A stretch of 64,000 nucleotides of DNA from an uncultured Chloroflexia bacterium. GTDB lineage: Bacteria; Chloroflexota; Chloroflexia; Thermomicrobiales; UBA6265. This document shows positions 63,499-64,000 of this stretch, one piece after another; positions within the stretch are counted from its first letter, which is position 1, and the number at the start of each line of letters is the position of its first letter. A model generated the notes under the pieces. The model did not search any database, was not told the DNA's origin, and saw only the letters and a list, made by a program, of their open reading frames with translations. Made by a program: the position numbers and the translations under genes. The stretch spans positions 96,001 to 160,000 of the forward strand of contig CAVRUC010000002.1 of NCBI GenBank assembly GCA_963724295.1. Reading direction: 5' to 3'.

Positions 63499-63897
63499 TC
63501 ACGACGGCAACGCCTTGCTGATCATGGACCCGGTTTGGGACATACCGGCCCTCAGGACCGTCAGCGCGAGTAGGGCGCACTCGAGGCGGGCGGGGGTGAG
63601 GGGTACGTCGATCGCCGCGAGGAGGTCGTCCTCGGTCAGCGCCTCGATGTCGTCGAGGGTCATGGTCGCGATCAGCTCGGTGAGGACCGAGGCCGAGGCC
63701 TGGCTGACCGCGCAGCCCCGGCCAGAGAAGGCGACCTCGGCGACGCGATCGCCGTTGACCCGGATATCGATGCGGACTTCGTCGCCGCAGACCGAGCCGG
63801 CGTCCTCGTAGCTGTAATCAGCTGGCTCGAGGATGCCCCGATTCCGCGGGTTTATTGCGTGGTCGAGGACCTTGCCCTGGTAGATGCCCCCGCTCAT
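63499..63897 (-). CDS. SufU/IscU-type Fe-S scaffold / sulfur-transfer protein
   Basis: DH..NPRN.G, CGD, GCAVSQAS, RLECALL. Confidence 0.9.
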   Translation of the reverse strand: MSGGIYQGKVLDHAINPRNRGILEPADYSYEDAGSVCGDEVRIDIRVNGDRVAEVAFSGRGCAVSQASASVLTELIATMTLDDIEALTEDDLLAAIDVPLTPARLECALLALTVLRAGMSQTGSMISKALPS

Positions 63898-64000
63898 GCG
63901 CGAGCCCCCGCCTGCACAACCGGCGTCATCGCGTCGCCAGGCGTCGCGGGCCAGTGACTGGCAAAGGACCGTGGACCGTGGAAGGTGCGGTCGGCGACCC

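Overview
High-GC bacterial chromosomal window. The gene repertoire and Ala-Thr-Pro-rich exported proteins suggest Chloroflexota/Thermomicrobiales (inference only). It is probably origin-proximal: parB, two near-perfect parS sites and gyrB are present. Many genes, including conserved ones such as cphA and pdhC, carry 1-bp indels, most likely long-read consensus errors. Main contents: cyanophycin locus (cphB, an inserted AbrB/RelE toxin-antitoxin pair, cphA); a second CphA-like protein lacking the ATP-grasp domain; an exported redox cluster; a sugar ABC transporter; a DUF2089/SHOCT/DUF4097 operon; rpsU, dcd, ndk, pdhABC, AOR-moaD, gyrB; a cyclase-STAND-TPR protein; and assorted enzymes. Most notable: (1) a BCP peroxiredoxin with an in-frame UGA at the catalytic Cys and a SECIS-like hairpin (candidate selenoprotein); (2) a highly structured ~300-nt candidate RNA at ~63.1-63.4 kb; (3) a dense family of 7/8-nt modular repeats with GNA mini-hairpins at gene junctions, one pair bracketing a four-helix-bundle gene and one copy inside a dehydrogenase gene; (4) a GIY-YIG gene in 32-bp perfect inverted repeats, with gene-less copies elsewhere. 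No rRNA, tRNA or CRISPR array was recognised. All family calls are by motif recognition, not database search.
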